Shown here one piece after another: positions 52,411 to 64,000 of a DNA stretch of 64,000 nt. Within the stretch, counting starts at the first letter, position 1, and each line of letters opens with the position of its first letter. The position numbers and the translations under genes are program-made. Location: assembly GCA_001949185.1 (NCBI GenBank), contig BDGG01000004.1, positions 4,125,777-4,189,776 on the forward strand. Direction: 5' to 3'. Below the pieces are notes generated by a model, which saw only the letters and a program-made list of their open reading frames with translations, searched no databases and was not told where the DNA came from. Source of the DNA: Ramazzottius varieornatus (taxonomy: Eukaryota; Animalia; Tardigrada).

Positions 52411-54001
52411 AAAGAATACAGAACTCGCGATAAACGCCTAATGTTTATTGCAGACATCATAATTATATAGGCTGATCAAAACTGATGATAGAACGAAAAT
52501 TTCTCCGAAAGCGAGAACAAGAACTAATCTCATCCTGATGGAGCCATTCTGCATGCACGACCGGAAGTTGGTCTAGGAAACTTGCAAGAACCAGAATACG
52601 GCCATTCAGTCACAAACTGCAAGGTAAACTGTACTTTATCATGGGCGGTAAAACCAAATCCAGTTCGTTGTATTAGAATATTGGTTCAGAGCCATCCCTG
52701 CATAAAGCCATGCTTGGATTGCGTTACAATAGAGCCCAATACGGAAGTGGCACGAAGCCTTCGTTGGCTCTTCCGCTTCTTATGACCATTTAGACGCACC
52801 TTCGGGAAGAGATCTACCCGGCTTTGCTTTTTTCTGGGTCGCACGCCGACACTATACACCATACGAAAACCCCGGAATTGGGATGGAGGACGAGAGATAT
52901 CCGCACAGCGCCATCTGTGGGGGGCAGTGCTCCACACTGTGCGTAGGTGCGTGATCGATGCACATCGGCAGAAATGCACTATGGCTGGGGCGAGCATAAA
53001 ATTAATGGCTGTTGCAAAACTGCAAAACAATCCTTCCTCCTTCATAAAAAAATTCGTAAAAATGTCTTCCTGGTTCAAATGTCAAAAACTAGCGTGGCAA
53101 AAAACTTGTGCGGGTCCAGGTTGCTTGAGAGAACTGCATCTGTGCTGGAAGGGGAGACTGTTGACTGCACCGCTTGATCGGGCTACGTTGAAAAATTAAT
53201 TGGGATGACTGGGAAGAACGCAAAGATCGAGGTGAGGATTTTAGAACGGGGAAAATATTGCGGGGAGAAAAGCGAAATGACGGCAAGATGGTGGGTAAGT
53301 CGAAAAGCGCGAAAAGATTTCGACGGTTTCGTGTGCAGCAACAGCAGTGGCAAGTTGCGCATGAAAGAGGTATGAGAATGGCAAGTTGGCTGTATACACC
53401 CAAGCCAGTCGACTGCCTCTTCGATCGCGTCTTCACCGACGTCGTCCTTCGACTTCCATGACTCGATGCCAGCGCATTCCTCTTTGGATCCCCGACCATT
53501 TCCGATATCTCCCCGTAAGTACTCTCCTAACAAGTTTCTTACCGTTCACAAGATGACATTTTCGATCCCTTTCACCCCATGTACCTTAGTTGTTTCTTCT
53601 AGGTTGAGAAAAACTTGCGCAACTTTTCTGGGGAGAGCACCAGCCTCTAACAAGACGCCTTCCGAACGATGGGGAGGAGTCCACCTTGAAGAAATGATGG
53701 TGAATTTTCGGATTCGAAAGGTGTTTGTGTGAAGGTATGTCATGAGAAGTTCAGCGACGCTGCCATGCTGGATTGCCAAACGGTGAATCCTGCTTGTTGC
53801 CTTGTTTGCTTGAATGATCGACCAGTGACGGCATCTGAGCGTGGCTTGCTCACAGCTGAACGTCTCCACTGTGCTCGTAGTTTACAGTCGCCTTCGGGGA
53901 CTTGATTCTGTATTTTGATTAAGACAGGTATTACCCAAGCAACCGGCATTACTTCTTCGCCCAGAGGTCCCCTGATCGTGCACACCCATCCACCTGAAAC
54001 C

Positions 54002-57000
54002 ATGCCGCCACAACCAGCATTCCCCGAAGATCTCGCTCCTGACACCCTCCTCTTTACAGCCTTCAAAACAGGCCATCATTTTGCCAGTTACGAGTTAGTA
54101 CAGAGTGGCGCTACCGTGATGCTTTCCTATCAGTGGGTATGAATTCTCCTCTAATGTTTCTGACTTTCTGTCCTTGCAGTACTCTCTTCGACCATCTGGT
54201 TGGTTGCAAGTTTCCGACACCCACTGGAAAGCTCAAAGAAAAGGGAGCTGGTCAGCCGATCATCTGGCATGACCGTGACTTGTCCAAAAGTACCCTCACT
54301 TCCGGTAGCCAGTTCGACTTTCACGTGCAGTTGGCCATTTTGTACCTGGTACCTTTGACGCCGTCCAGAAGCCTCGATCAGCTTGTCGCTACTCTGAACG
54401 AGTATCTGCGCAGACGCTTTGTCAAGGGCGAAAAGATTCTTTTCAAGCGTCAGAACGAATGGTTGGTTCCGTTTCCACGTACTTCTGATCGTGTATTTAC
54501 TATTACGGTCAAACTATCCTTTCGGTTCTATCATAGGGAGCACGGGGCCATCTGCAGCGTTCGTTACAGTGGCCCGGTCTTGGACGAACTGTCTTTAGAT
54601 GGCACACGGTAAGTACATAGGTATTGTTATTCCTACGTGTAATGCTCGATGTTAGTTCGATGATTTCGATCATGCAGGCCCTGTTAATTTCCCCAAGTCG
54701 GTTCTTCCGGATTCCAACCTACTTATATATCCGGGTTTGGTGTACAAATGTAAATCAAAGTTTTTTGTTTTCAGGTACCTTCCACGGGACTTTCTGTACG
54801 ACGTGAAGACTCTGGACGACGGGACTCTTATCACTGATATGACGTGCAAACAGCTCCGGTAGGTTTGGGCTCGTACTTTCTCGAACTAACTATAACGGAT
54901 TGTACTCAATATCAAGTTATTTTGTCATCTTCGAAATACTTTCAAGGCTTCAAGAAGGCTTTTCGCGTTTGTCGGCAAGTACCAAGCCCAAAGTGTTGCG
55001 GGTGGCCGTAGTCGCCCTCTAGCGCTTTCGCTTTGAGGGTCGCGGAGGTACCGCTATCGATCCTTCGAACTTGTTTTGATTCGACGCGCGAAGATTTTGA
55101 CAATGAGTTAGCGCCTAGGCTCGATTTCGGCTGGCGGGAGAGTTTTCGTTTGCGAAGAAAGGTTCCCCTGAAAAGCTGGAAGGTTTCTGTGAAAACCATT
55201 GAGGTTCATTCCCACAAATTTTTTGTATATGTTGTATATTCGACCGCAGTAGAACTTTGCTCGCTTGAAGCAGGAGGTTATAGCGTACGCCATGCGGCCT
55301 CTTTACTAAGTGCAAGCTTCGTCGTCCGGGACTTTGTGCCTGCGCGAGCGTGTGGGATGCGAAGTGCAGAGACTGCTGCCGAAACGAGTTTGCATTACGG
55401 TATGCGTAGCGCACACTGTACGGTGTGGAATTATAGGGTACCAGGTGGCGTGGACTTCTGAAATGCACGATGAACTCTGCCATTGTTGTTTCATGGCGCC
55501 ATCTAGAATTAACACATAATTATCTGCTAGGCTAACACGTGCTTTGCTTGGTAGGCGACCAGCGTTTGATCGGCCCAGCATACGGAGCTGCATACTGCTG
55601 CATTGCAAATGTCGAGAACCGAGGAAAACTAGCAGTTTATGGACATTGAAGGTACTTTCGCCCCTTCTTTGCCATCATGTCTCTTTCTCAACCTTTTGTC
55701 CATCATTTTAGAAGAAGACTATCCTAGCCTATGATCTGAACAATCTATCCTGGTTGGACATGTTTGCTGCCAAAGAGCCACGCTTCAATGTGCTAGCCAA
55801 AGCCAGCAAGAATTTCCCTCGCAAAGACAAGAATGATCGCGGCTCTTCCTCCAAAGATCGCTCCAAAAAGAACCAGAAGAAAGACAAGCAAGTCGGCAAA
55901 GGTAAAAAAGGTTCGGAATCTTCCAAGGAACAATCGTCCAAGAAGAGAAAGCGTAAGTGGGAGACGAGAACTTTTTTCCATGTTAAAAGTGTTCACTTGA
56001 CGGCTTGATGATTTGGATGTTTCAGGCGACACTTCCGCGGACCTTCACGGTTCTAAAAGTAAGAAGAATAAGCCCTCTACCTCTTCTGATGGAAAAGAAA
56101 AGGCGGGATCCAGAACTGCACTCTCCTCAGCCGAAAGAGCCGAAAGGAAGAAGCTGAAGCAGCAGGAATACAAGAAACGAGTAAATCTTTGGAAACCTCA
56201 GATACAATCCGGGGAACCTCATGATATTTGTTCTAGTGGCGGGAAAAGATGAAACAAGACCGGGCGAAGCTTACAAATGTCTGGGCGAAGGTTTTCTCTG
56301 TTGGGGAAGACATGGAATGTCCATCGTTAAAGGTAGCATAGGACAACTGCAAAACTTAGGGAAAATTTTTATGCTTGAATGTTTCACAGCCGATTCCCAT
56401 CGTACCTAAATCACTAGAGACCCTGATGCCGGAAAAATTCATAGCAGATGGGCTCTTTTTGATGGAATTTCTCCGGGTTTTCGGGAACAGCGTTGATAAG
56501 TCCGGTGCCTTTGCTGACATGGCCAGTATGGGTAAGAAACTTTGCATTCACCTCGGAAAGTAGTGGGAGAACATCGACAAAGTAGGGAAAAGGGCGTTTC
56601 TCCGTAGATCTTGACCTTCTCTATAAAATCTTGAGCTCGGATTCCGTGGATGGAGAGCTGACGCAGATGCTGGCCTTTTGCTGCAGAGCTGTCCTGTCCA
56701 CCGTCCCACAGCAGCCCGTTGAAAGAGGTAAGGTTGTGACTGACTGTGAAGTTTGTCTTCCCTTCCTTGCAGTACTCGTGCCTACCCGTTCTTCCTTGTT
56801 GCAGAAAATTCTGTGATATATAATAGTGGCTTCCAGCAGGAAGGAGCCAGTGTAATTTCCTCGACGATGTCCCGATTAGGTATGTGGATATAAGCAAGGT
56901 TTCTTGAGTTTCACCTTTTCGGGTGTTGGTCCGGAAAATATTGCGGAAGGTATTCGAGAGACTCTGAAGAACATTTTACTGTATCAAGTCATATAGTGTT

Positions 57001-60000
57001 TAGTTGTTTCTGGAAAGACACAACCGGAAGCTTGGAATTTTCAAGAGCAGTACGTATTTCTTTTTCTTTGAAGGGGTGTCGTTGCACGATTTGTCCATTA
57101 CGAGCTTGACAGTTTCCGAGGTGGTCAGGCTGTCTTTGCTGGTCGCCTGTGTTCCTGTCCGCGCTTCGGCCATCGAAGCACGCTTCGACAGCGCCATTCT
57201 GCGAATGCTCAAGTCCCCGGGAGGCTCGTCTCTCTATGGGGTGATATATGGCCAGTCCGTCTTTGCTTTGTCGTTCGGTAAGTTACGCTCTAAAGTTCGC
57301 TGGAAAAGATGGAAATTTTTGCATGTGAAATCCTTCTTGCAGAGAGGAGGTTGGAGTTGATTGTCCAGATGCTGCAGTCTGTGATGGAGTCTGACGTTAT
57401 CAGAGGAGTTCTGGAAGTGGCTTGTGCCGCTGTGGAAGAAAGCGAAAAGGTACTAAAAGTCCTGAAAAGTCTCAACGATGAAGCCGCCAAGATCAGAGGC
57501 AAAATCCTTGTGTAAGTGCTACCTTGCTTCTTCATTAACAGTAGTATCTTCGAACGCCAATTCTTTGAGACGTCTGACTTTTGTTTTGAAAATTATTTTT
57601 CGAACGTTAAACCATCTCAAACTTCCTCGAAAAACGTCTGTAGACGAACTGAGCTTTCATGCGGTATAAAGATTAAAGTCTTTTGAAAATCAGCTACAAC
57701 TATTCCTCTGTCATACATTCTTGTAAAAAGGAAATTTTCTCCTTGTTTTGAGCAGTTGGCAGAGAAAAATCCTCGGTTGTAAGTATTTAAATGTTTTTGC
57801 GTGATGGCTGAGATAGTTTATTGAATGAATTTTGTAGGTCGAAAGATCGGCAAGAAGATCGGAAGGAGCAGCGAAATGATCGTTTCCGCCAGCTGCTGGA
57901 ATCGTATAGCCGCAAGCGATTCTTGCGAAGCGTAGAGCAGCCGCGAACAGCCATAGAACTGATGGAAGACTTTCGGATACTGAACGAGGGGCGGAAAAGG
58001 CGAAAGCTGACGGAAGCAGATGTCGTTTCGCTGGGCGAAGCCTTCGAGGACTATCGTCTCAAGGTGACGGCCCAGATTCAGACAGAACGCGACGAGGTGG
58101 CAGCCCGCATCAAGAGGAACGAGCATCACTTCCGACTGGAAGCGGTCGGTATGGATCGCCACTGGTTCAAGTACTGGCTTCTCCCTTCCGCTAATGGCCT
58201 CCTCATCGAATGCACAGCCCGAGAAGAAGTCAAGGAGTGCAGCAAGGGATGTCTGTGTGAAACGGTCAAGGCTCATCAGGAGGAAGCCAAAGGATCGTCA
58301 ACTTGGTACGGTAACGCTAACAAAATATTTCAAACTGAAAAAGATTGTTATCATTAATGGATAAAATATCAAAAAAAAATAAAAGAGATAAGAAAAAAAC
58401 ATAGATCAATTTTGTGCCTGAAAACAGTTTGATCTACTAGTTTACGATTGTTTTCAGACCGTTAAGGGGAATTCTCAGCCTTTCTGCTGCGGAAGAAACC
58501 CGAAGTTCCTTTTGTTGATTAAATGTTTGATGTGTTTGTAGGTGGACACTGCCGAACGGGGAAGAGGACAGTCTGACGACGCTGTGCAAGAACCTGCTGA
58601 TTAGTGGGGAACGGGAAGTGGCGCTGAAGCGAGCACTGGAGCCTTACCTGCAGCATGAGCGCAAGTCGCTGGAAATTGGCCATCACGCTACAACAGCTCC
58701 CCTTGTCGTCCCGAGAGTGGTCCCTCAACTGCCGTCAGCTGAGGTATGGCAACACCAGCTGCGCGATCGCCTCCTGGCCACCCTTCGACACTTTAACAAC
58801 AACCTACAGAAAGCTCGTCTTGGTGGAATAGCGGTAACTAACCTGAGCTTCTCCCAAATCATCATATTGAATACAGCCTATGACTTACATTGAAATCAGT
58901 TGTTCCAAGTGGTGAGTCCTTTCAGCTAGTAATGCCGGAAACGTGGGCCAGTTCGGGAACAAATCTTGTCGAATTCGTTTGCTGAGCTTCCATTTAGCGA
59001 AACTGATGTTTAACAGTTTGGGTCTTTTGCAGATGGAGAAAGAAGGGCAGTGGATGGACGAGATGAGAGGGGTCGCTTTTGTTGCTGAGCCTTTCGAGGA
59101 CATGATGGCAGCCAGTCCGGAGATTGAGGTGCCAGCAAGCAACGAGGAGAAGAGCTTAAGCCTGAAGCGGGAGGAGGTAGTGGTCAATGGCCATTCGCCG
59201 CGGACGGTGACGGATGAAGCCGACAACGAACCGCAGGATGTGCCGGTCGACGAGCTGAAGGTCCACCTCATGTCGCCCAAGCTGCTGAAGAGGCAGAAGG
59301 GCGGACGTGAGGTACTGGACTTGGTGCAGAGGGAAGAAGTGGCCGAAGGTGGCAGCGAAGTGCAGAGTAGTGTAGGGGAGCGGGCGGAAGAGAATGGCCA
59401 GGCCATCCATAGTGCTCCCACACCCTTCAACAGCCAGACAACGGCTTCGGTCAAGCGACTGGTGGTCGGTATCGACAAGCTGCTGAGTTGTATCTCCTTG
59501 CGATATATCGGAAAACCTCTAGGTAAAAAATTGAACTAGTGCACTGTCTCCAGACAGTCTTCACGGAAGATGAAGAAAGTTGAAAATGGGATATGTGAAC
59601 TAGAGAGGAGTTCCAAATGAAACGGAGATCGAGTGAGGAAGCTCGACAGACAAACTCGACAAGATTGTCTTTTCCGTGTTTTTGGCTGGAATCGTGCGCC
59701 ACTCGGAAAGACGGTCTTGTCGGGTTTGCTTGCCTAGGTTCCATCATGATGTAAGGTTGAGTAACAAGTATGAAGTGAGGGATAGAAGGGTAGGCTGACA
59801 GAGTTTGTTTTGGTTGGTAGTGTCCATCAACGATGTGGAGGAAAAGAACACGGCGCAGTTTCAAGCGTGGAAGAAGTCGCTGGGGGCCTGTGCCTTTAGC
59901 TTGTCGGAAGTGGCACTCCACCTGAGCGTCCTGGAGAGCTCCATCCTCTGGGGCAAGTCCACCGTCAATGCGAACTGCAAAGCCTGCCGTAAACGGGGCG

Positions 60001-61081
60001 ACTTCAACAACATGGCCTGCTGCGATCGATGGTAATAATATACATAGATGCAACTCTTTTCTTGTCCATATGGTGTGTAAAGTCAGCGCTGCTATTTACT
60101 GACGGATACGTTGTGTGGTCGTAGTGAGCGGAAGTTTCACTTGGACTGCGTCATTCCTCCCCTGCAGGTACTGTACCCCACTTTTTTGCACTCACACTCC
60201 TTGTCATTCTTCCGGCGAGACAGGGAAGCCATGGCGAAGGAAAGCGAAGCGAAACGAATTTTTTCCCATCCTTCACAATGATGGACACCAGTTTGCTCTC
60301 GCTGTCAAAGCTGTGATCCGATTGCTCCGTTTAGCTCGCGAGTCAGTTCTGCCCTATTTTTTACAGTATTAGTTAACAAGGCCGCGTCGGGCAATTTTTT
60401 GAGGTTTTTGTTGAAATTGCGTACGAAAAAGGCAAAATGAGCTGAACGGGTCAAATGACTTCGCAACTATGCTCCCTATTTCCGGCAGTTAGCTACGGTT
60501 AAATTAAAAATGTGTGTCAACTGGGTATATTGTTGTTGCAGGATATCCCTGTGGAATGGTGGGTGTGTCCTCTCTGCGAGCCGGTGCCTGTCTTTCGAGG
60601 CTCGCGGAAAGCCCGGCAGACGGACATTGACTACAACGACGACAATGTCCAACGCTCCTTTCCTCAAAACAACGAAGGGCACACAGCCCATAACGGATAC
60701 AAAGCCTCTTCCCGGACCAGCCGACCCCTTGCGCCGCGCTACAAGCATGACGAGGAGGAGGAGGAGAATTCACAAGAATATGAGGCCAGACGTCGCCGAT
60801 CGGCGAGGAGCAAAAGGGTCGACTATAAAGAACTGGCCGAAGGCACTTCTAGCCATCAACCCCAAGAAGACGAAGAAGCCCTGCCGCAAGTCAACGGGCA
60901 GCAGCAAGATGGGCAAGAGATGGAGGTGGATGATAACGTGCAGGTACGGAATGGGGAAGAACAAGAAGATGGTGGCGTGCAGCAAGAGTTGCCCGATTGC
61001 TATCGAGAGAAGCTGGCCCAAGATGAAGAAGAAGAGGAAGACTATGACACTGCCTCTCCCGTTGAATCCGAAGACAGGTAA
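54002..61081 (+). CDS. BAZ1A: BAZ1A/ACF1-like ISWI partner (divergent WAC, DDT, WHIM/WSD, PHD), multi-exon; the last exon may extend to about 61649
   Basis: ILYLV..SLDQLV..EYLRRRFVKGE (WAC C-half), DGLFLMEFLRVFG (DDT), RLEAVGMDRHWFKYW (WSD), and LESSILWGKSTVNANCKACRKRGD..CCDRCERKFHLDC..PPL..WVCPLC (BAZ1A-type PHD). Confidence 0.85.
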
Positions 61082-61115
61082 CTGGGACGTGGGAGAAGGA
61101 TTTTAGTCAAATTGC

Positions 61116-61198
61116 TTTCCCAAGTGGCGCATACTTTCAGCCGATAACAATGCAAACATGCGCCACTCGTGATAACGATATGTTCCAACTCACTTGCC
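61116..61198 (-). repeat. Dispersed hairpin element, copy D (inverted)
   Basis: The reverse complement reads GTTATCACG-AGTGGCGCAT-gtttgcattgttatcggctgaaagt-ATGCGCCACTTGGGAAA. Confidence 0.75.
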
Positions 61199-62107
61199 CG
61201 CGTCTCAATTGATAAGCCCACTTGGGCCAATGTGATATCAAGTTGTTTTCGAAGAATGGTGAGAACGGAACGATAATGTATGGTCTTTTTGTAGCGAGTA
61301 CGATCCAGACGATAATGGCCGACCTAAATGGGGGAAGACGCATCGCAAGGGTAACAAAAGATGAGACGGGCAAAACTGGTGGCGTTTGTTTCAGTATATT
61401 GGTGAGGATAGATTTGTGTTCTGACCAATAGAGCGAATTTGTAGTCTGAAACTAAGCGGACTTTCCAATCTCGTTTTTACACAGTGAACTTCTCTGGCAG
61501 TGTTTAACTTTTATTTGCGCGTTTTTTCTTTCGTCCAGCCATCACTGTGATGATACATCGGCTGACTAGCGAGCAGTCCACCTATTCCTAAACAGCTGAG
61601 ACTTTTCCTTTCTTGCAGATTTTACCTGAATGTTCATTTTCGGCCTTGATCCTACCATGAATATAAAGTACCGATCATAAGCATACATGTCTCTGCCGCG
61701 AAAACGTACGTACAGTGTACAAAATGAAGGTTTTTAGTTTTTACAATCTACAAAAGTAGCTTTTCGAGCTTTCCACAATAGGGAAATGAACTTTAAGATT
61801 ATTTCGAAAAACATTCAGAGCAAGCAAACTGTAACACGCACTAACAAAGCAGGCAGTTAATATTTCCCAGAAAGGTTAAAAGGTAAAAGAGAATTACTTT
61901 GGGGGAACAACAACGCAATCTTCAAAGAAAGACTCGCGGTGTATTTTATGCATGAATGGGTACAACCGAAAGGTCGTCCAAAGAATTATTTGGTCCCGAT
62001 TTAGGGTGGCATGGTCATTTATCGACGCGAATCAATCAGAGCCGACGAATCAAACAAACAAATATGCATCGCGGAAGAATGCCACTGTTGCCGCAGGCTT
62101 GTCGATG

Positions 62108-64000
62108 TTAAACTTGCGTTTGTTTTCCCAAGAGTGAGGAAAACGGTTGGGATGCTTTCATCATGACGTGGCCGTTCCAGGCGCTTCTCACAGGTGAGGC
62201 TCGACGTCCATTCACTTCCCCGTTGCGTCCGGTCAGGAGGGAGACCGTTTCAGGGTCCGGTTCTTCTTCGCCGTCGCCCTTTCTACCGAAGCTGGACAAA
62301 GCCTCGTGGCTGACGTACCGGCGGGTAGCTTCGAGGGAGCTGAGCCCGTGCTTGCGATGGAGAGATCCATACCCTTCCAGAGCCGGCATGGATGGCGGAA
62401 TGTCCACTTCAAAATGTAGATCGCTGACCGATTCAACTATTGTGAAGAAAACGACAAAAGTGGAGAACCCGGATGGATGTGAAAGATGGCAAGATAATGT
62501 ACCTTTGCTGAACTGGTTTCCTAGTTTGGCCTTTTCCTCGTCCATATAAGCGTCGAGGACGGCGGTGGGAATATAATCAGAGAAGCGTTTGGATATGGTC
62601 GAATGCGTCACGTAATCGTCCTCCGCTTTGTTAGCCACCGTCGCCGAGTCTTGAAATAGTTCGGGCGGGTTCACAGATTCCAAGTACTCATTTGCGTCCA
62701 AATCGTCCTCGGCAAAGTCAGCATCCAGCAAAGATTCGTTCTCACTGATACTGCGGTCGCGGTCGTCAGTGGGCAAGGATGACCGGCCATCGGCTCGACC
62801 ATCAGCAGAGGCCGTCGTTGGCGCCGTGTCCGCATTAGTGTCTTCGGCAGTATCGAAATCCGTACCGAGAGGATCCCACGAATAACCTATCGTCGTAAAC
62901 CCTCGTTAATTTATCATCACTTACAGTATATCCACCAGAGTTTGGACAAGAGCTCCACAGTTTACACAAGAGACACAGCATTCGAGCAAACTATATGATA
63001 CCTTTATTCAGTCCAAGCACCTCAGAAACTGCATAAAGAGAGAGAAGAAAAATGAGAGCCCGTCACCCGGAAGAAGTGGAAAATGGAAGACTGGAATCCG
63101 TCTTTCCAATCACGCCTCACCTGGGTCGTCGTGTTCACTGTTCATGGGGGAGGTGGACACGGAAGCCATGTAGCTGCCATCGGGATGGGACGTTAATGGC
63201 TGACTCTCACTGCGGTCATCGCGGGCACCTCTTCTGTTCCGAGATTCTGGAAGGGGCAGTCGATACATCAAGCTCGGTCCGAACCTAATTAGGTTCAAGG
63301 ACAAGTGGACATACCGTAGGAGGAGGATCGGGGGAGATCCACCAGACAGGCTTTCACAACATCCGGCTCGGTGGACGTAGGCTCCAAGGCCAAGTTCAGC
63401 AAGCTCTTCTTGACGGACATGGTCTCAGATGAAGCACCGGACAATGAAGGAGGCGGAGGTGTTAACGGTGGATTTCGGAAGCGACTTTTGTTGAAGCGAT
63501 TGATGGAGGACGTTCCTTGGTCACTGTTGCCGTTGTTTAAGAACGGCTGCCGAGCTTCGATCTCCAAGTTTGATATCTTGCTACCACGTTTCAGCAGCTC
63601 ATCAGGCAGCCGAGACTTGGCGAACTTATTCCTGGCTATTTCGTTGTAGTTACTGACATTGTTGTTTATCTGATTCAGCTGGGAAGAGGGTGACCCAGTG
63701 TGGTCGTTGGGAATTACACGGATTTCACGACGCTTCCTGTAGCGACGACGGCAGAGAACGGCTAGGATGGTACAGCCAAAGACAATCACGACCACCGCCA
63801 CGACGACCAGAATTTCGATCCAGCTCCAGACAGGCCCAATGGAACTCGTGTTTGGGATGAACATAGCCTCGTCACAGAACTGACCTCGTGTTTGAGAAGT
63901 GCAGTTGCATCGGAAACTGCCAAACAGGTTCTCACAGGTGGCGCCATTGTGACAAGGTGTTTGCTGACATTCGTCAATGTCGCGTTCGCAGCGGAGACCC
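62108..64000 (-). CDS. 3' end of a Fat-like (Fat1/3, kugelei class) cadherin: cbEGF, TM, cytoplasmic tail; the gene begins beyond the window end
   Basis: The reverse strand from 64000 reads GLRCERDIDECQQTPCHNGATCENLFGSFRCNC, then TM WIEILVVVAVVVIV, KRGSKISNLE, a spliced GYSWD motif and a C-terminal PDZ-type QTQV*. The cadherin repeats are not in the window. Confidence 0.78.

Noticed and set aside
7943-62503. Several stop-free 3n introns (SNUPN, PNUTS, PlexB, BAZ1A, Fat) suggesting systematic retention
   Set aside because: With dozens of short introns, roughly one in ten is expected to be 3n and stop-free by chance. Only the frataxin case has an extra unusual feature.
1-64000. Prokaryotic features (CRISPR arrays, operons, rRNA), tRNAs, selenoproteins and tardigrade-specific tolerance genes
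   Set aside because: None was seen. The genes are intron-containing metazoan orthologues, and no intact gene needs an in-frame TGA.

Overview
This is eukaryotic (metazoan) genomic DNA, not prokaryotic. It is gene-dense with many short GT-AG introns (about 55-100 nt); the style suggests a compact invertebrate genome, possibly tardigrade-like (unverified inference). Fifteen recognisable spliced genes occur in this order: ClC-3-type chloride/proton exchanger (5' end, -), SNX5/6 (+), SAMHD1-like dNTPase (-), snurportin-1 (+), frataxin (-), MTMR6/7/8 myotubularin with FYVE (+), PNUTS/PPP1R10-like (-), UNC-50 (+), XRCC2 (-), pICln (+), PSMD13/Rpn9 (-), animal haem peroxidase (+), plexin-B (-), BAZ1A/ACF1-like (+) and the 3' end of a Fat-like cadherin (-). 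These genes alternate strand without exception. The window also holds a decayed, intron-containing duplicate of the Fat 3' end, two MITEs, a Helentron-like non-autonomous element and a four-copy dispersed hairpin element. The most notable observations are the Fat duplicate (with a near-invariant intronic block and a possible new upstream driver transcript), a frame-preserving GC-AG intron in the frataxin core, a BAZ1 with no bromodomain, a PNUTS-like gene with no visible TFIIS-N domain, and candidate alternative first exons of the myotubularin. I found no clear novel multi-gene system. Exon boundaries were read by eye and are approximate.
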